This document shows, in pieces, positions 61,768-64,000 of a stretch of DNA of 64,000 nt. The notes below the pieces were generated by a model. It made no database searches and had not been told where the DNA came from. It worked only from the letters and a program-made list of their open reading frames with translations. Source of the DNA: Candidatus Peregrinibacteria bacterium. GTDB lineage: Bacteria > Patescibacteriota > Gracilibacteria > Peribacterales > Peribacteraceae. Location: positions 4,028-68,027 of the forward strand of contig JBDRKJ010000012.1 in NCBI GenBank assembly GCA_043814035.1. The letters run 5' to 3'. The position numbers and the translations under genes were made by a program. How positions within the stretch are numbered: position 1 is the first letter of the stretch; every line of letters begins with the position of its first letter.

Positions 61768-64000
61768 ATGGAATCCAACCGTCGCATGATCTGGCCCGTC
61801 GTCACGGGCATTGTCGCACTTTTTCTCCTCTTTATTGCCCTGCCGGACGGGTGGAAACTCTGGGCTCCGGGATTCTTGCGCGCACCCAGCTTCCACTTCG
61901 GCTTAGACCTCATTGGCGGCACGCAGCTCGATTTCCGTATTTCGGAACAGGAAATGAATGACCAGGTTGCTCGTCTAAACGCCGAAATTGAGCTACTCAA
62001 GGAACAGGGAGCCGGTTCGGACAAGATCTCCATTCTCGAAAATCAGCTCTATTCCACGCAGCAGCAGCAGGCGAGCGTCGTGGAATCTATCCGTACCGTT
62101 CTGGAGCGACGCATCAACGCGCTGGGCGTGAGCGAGGCAGTGATCACACCTTCGTACATCGGCGATGAGCGGCATCTGCTCGTGGAATGCCCAGGTGTCG
62201 TAGATACGCAGGAGTGTATTGCCACGGTGGGTAAGACCATTCAGTTGGAATTCAAGGAGGAGTTCACAGAACCGACGGAGGAATTTGAGAGGGATGTGCG
62301 CGATCGTGCCGACGCTTCCATGCGTCGCATCACGGTGAGTGGCGCCACGATCGACCTTGTGGGTGAGGACCTCGGCTCCACCCTCGGCGTGGCCTATTCC
62401 GACCGGCAGTGGTTCTTTAGAAAAGACCTACCCAAAGGGCTGGAAGACACATGGACGCTATCAGCTGGAAAGGTGATAAAGCGTGAAGGATCAATTACCG
62501 TGCCACAGCAGGATGACCAGGGTCAGCCCACGGATACAGAAATTCCTGGCATCTTCTTGGCAGAAGTCGTTGGACCGCGCACACAGACCGGCCGCGTGGT
62601 GGTAGAAGCACCTACGGCTTTCGCCATCCTGGCCAAGGAGAAGAAGCTCTCCTACACGCCGCACGCCGACACGCCGCTGGACGCAAAGGTGGAACCCAGC
62701 ATTATAGGTGCCCTGCAGTCAATGGCGCCGGGAGATCTGCAAACCGTAAGCCTAGGTGAGGACGCCGCATCTCTCCTCTTCCTGCGTCTGCGCACGCCCG
62801 GTCAGGAGCAGATGGCCGCGAGCCACATTCTCATCTCCTTCAAGGACGCGACAGCCATGGGTGATGACATCACGCGCACCAAAGCAGAGGCACTCACCCT
62901 CGCAAAGGATCTCAAGCAGCAACTCGATAATGGTGCAGACTTCGCTGTGCTGGCAAAGGAATACTCCGATGACGGCACAGGAAAATCAGGAGGAGATCTG
63001 GGGACATTTGTTCGTGGAGCAATGGTGGCTCCGTTTGAGCAGGCAGCTTTTATCCTCCCACAAGGCGGTATCAGTGATCCGGTTGAAACGCAGTTCGGTT
63101 ATCACATTATCCGTGCAGATCGCGCCGCTTCGCGCTCATTCGATGTCGCGTCGTACGATGAACTACGCTTTAGCGGTAGTGGTGCAAAGATGCAGGCAGA
63201 TACCGCACAGGCTGATCTGCAGGCAGGAGCGGTAATGGAGTACGAAGATGCCATCGCTCTGCGCTCCATTTTCTTCTCATTGCTCCCCACGGGCTGGAAA
63301 GACACCACACTAACCGGCAAGCACTTCCGTTCTGCTGGTGTGACTTTGGACAACACATCGAGCCTGCCGATCGTGCAGATCGCTTTCGATGAAGAGGGCG
63401 GCAAGCTCTTTCAGGAACTCACGAAGAATAATGTCGGCAAGCGCATCGCAATCTTCGTCGGTGGCGATCTCGTCTCTGCGCCCACTGTGCAGCAGGAAAT
63501 TATCGGAGGTACCGCCATCATCACTGGCAGCAGTAATTTTGAAGAGGCCCAGAGACTCGCCCAAGATCTGAATACCGGAGCGATTCCGGCGCCCATCTAC
63601 CTGGCTGGTCAGCATACAATCGAGGCGACGCTCGGTAGCGAAGCTCTGCGCACATCGCTCGAGGCTGCCCTCATCGGCGTCTTTCTACTCATGATCTACA
63701 TGGTCGTGCTCTATCGTTTCTTAGGGTTACTCGCCAACGTAGCGTTGTCGATGTACGCCATACTCTTCGTCGTCATCCTCAAACTCCCACTCTTCCTCTT
63801 CTCAAGCCAACACATCGTACTCACGTTGGCAGGTATGGCTGGTATCATCCTCTCGATCGGTATGGCAGTGGATGCAAACGTGCTCATCTTCGAACGCATC
63901 AAGGAGGAACTACGCAAAGGTAAGCTCGTGACAACTGCCGTAGAAGTTGGCTTCAAGCGTGCCTGGCCGAGCATCCGCGACGGTAACGCCTCTACCCTGC
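61768..64000 (+). CDS. secD: protein translocase subunit SecD (3' end beyond window) with an embedded parvulin-type PPIase domain
   Basis: Hand-translated open frame from the ATG at 61768 to the window end, absent from the ORF track because no stop is reached. It has an N-terminal TM helix, [42 protein letters not shown], and TM segments with [28 protein letters not shown]. Confidence 0.9.
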   Translation, partial: MESNRRMIWPVVTGIVALFLLFIALPDGWKLWAPGFLRAPSFHFGLDLIGGTQLDFRISEQEMNDQVARLNAEIELLKEQGAGSDKISILENQLYSTQQQQASVVESIRTVLERRINALGVSEAVITPSYIGDERHLLVECPGVVDTQECIATVGKTIQLEFKEEFTEPTEEFERDVRDRADASMRRITVSGATIDLVGEDLGSTLGVAYSDRQWFFRKDLPKGLEDTWTLSAGKVIKREGSITVPQQDDQGQPTDTEIPGIFLAEVVGPRTQTGRVVVEAPTAFAILAKEKKLSYTPHADTPLDAKVEPSIIGALQSMAPGDLQTVSLGEDAASLLFLRLRTPGQEQMAASHILISFKDATAMGDDITRTKAEALTLAKDLKQQLDNGADFAVLAKEYSDDGTGKSGGDLGTFVRGAMVAPFEQAAFILPQGGISDPVETQFGYHIIRADRAASRSFDVASYDELRFSGSGAKMQADTAQADLQAGAVMEYEDAIALRSIFFSLLPTGWKDTTLTGKHFRSAGVTLDNTSSLPIVQIAFDEEGGKLFQELTKNNVGKRIAIFVGGDLVSAPTVQQEIIGGTAIITGSSNFEEAQRLAQDLNTGAIPAPIYLAGQHTIEATLGSEALRTSLEAALIGVFLLMIYMVVLYRFLGLLANVALSMYAILFVVILKLPLFLFSSQHIVLTLAGMAGIILSIGMAVDANVLIFERIKEELRKGKLVTTAVEVGFKRAWPSIRDGNASTL
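62809..63126 (+). other. PpiC/parvulin-type peptidyl-prolyl isomerase domain inside the SecD periplasmic region
   Basis: [13 protein letters not shown]......[64 protein letters not shown] is the canonical parvulin pattern, in frame with SecD (62812-61768 = 1044 nt). Confidence 0.8.

Noticed and set aside
1-64000. Alternative genetic code (UGA recoding, as in some candidate-phyla lineages)
   Set aside because: Conserved genes (pnp, pcrA, uvrC, pyrG, ATPase) are full length and uninterrupted under the standard bacterial code, and several end at TGA. There is no evidence for recoding.

Overview
Moderately GC-rich bacterial chromosomal window. I call about 58 protein-coding genes and 2 tRNA-Glu genes. 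I found no rRNA, CRISPR array, transposase, integrase or reverse transcriptase. Recognisable housekeeping genes include pnp, rpsO, pcrA/uvrD, uvrC, pyrK-pyrD, pyrG, proS, rsmA, rlmH, rlmD, rplY, hpf, csp and secD. Other content suggests a reduced-genome, fermentative, possibly episymbiotic (CPR/Patescibacteria-like) lineage; this placement is inference only. That content includes ADP-forming acetyl-CoA synthetase, ComEC, an orphan PurD-like ATP-grasp, an orphan fused TrpE/G-like enzyme, several tiny GIY-YIG nucleases, an SLH-domain envelope protein, GT-C membrane glycosyltransferases and DUF3048. The best candidate for an undescribed system is a tightly packed six-gene minus-strand cluster (31816-41461). 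It encodes two paralogous proteins, a glycine-zipper membrane protein, a 64-aa microprotein translationally coupled to a 1701-aa multi-pass membrane giant, and a Cas4/RecB-like Fe-S nuclease; I recognise a family only for the nuclease. Other notable signals: (1) two paralogous structured 5' leaders with compensatory stem changes and intrinsic terminators (15766-16402); (2) a TrpR-like / unknown / TrpE-G-like module inserted between rpsO and pnp, with a perfect 8-2-8 palindrome abutting a start codon; (3) SecD carrying an embedded parvulin PPIase domain; (4) UvrC carrying an embedded GNAT domain; (5) several families of GC-rich palindromic mini-repeats, some nested and some in-frame inside genes; (6) pyrimidine-rich rather than Shine-Dalgarno-like sequence upstream of most start codons. 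All functional calls come from motif recognition by eye and no database search was run.
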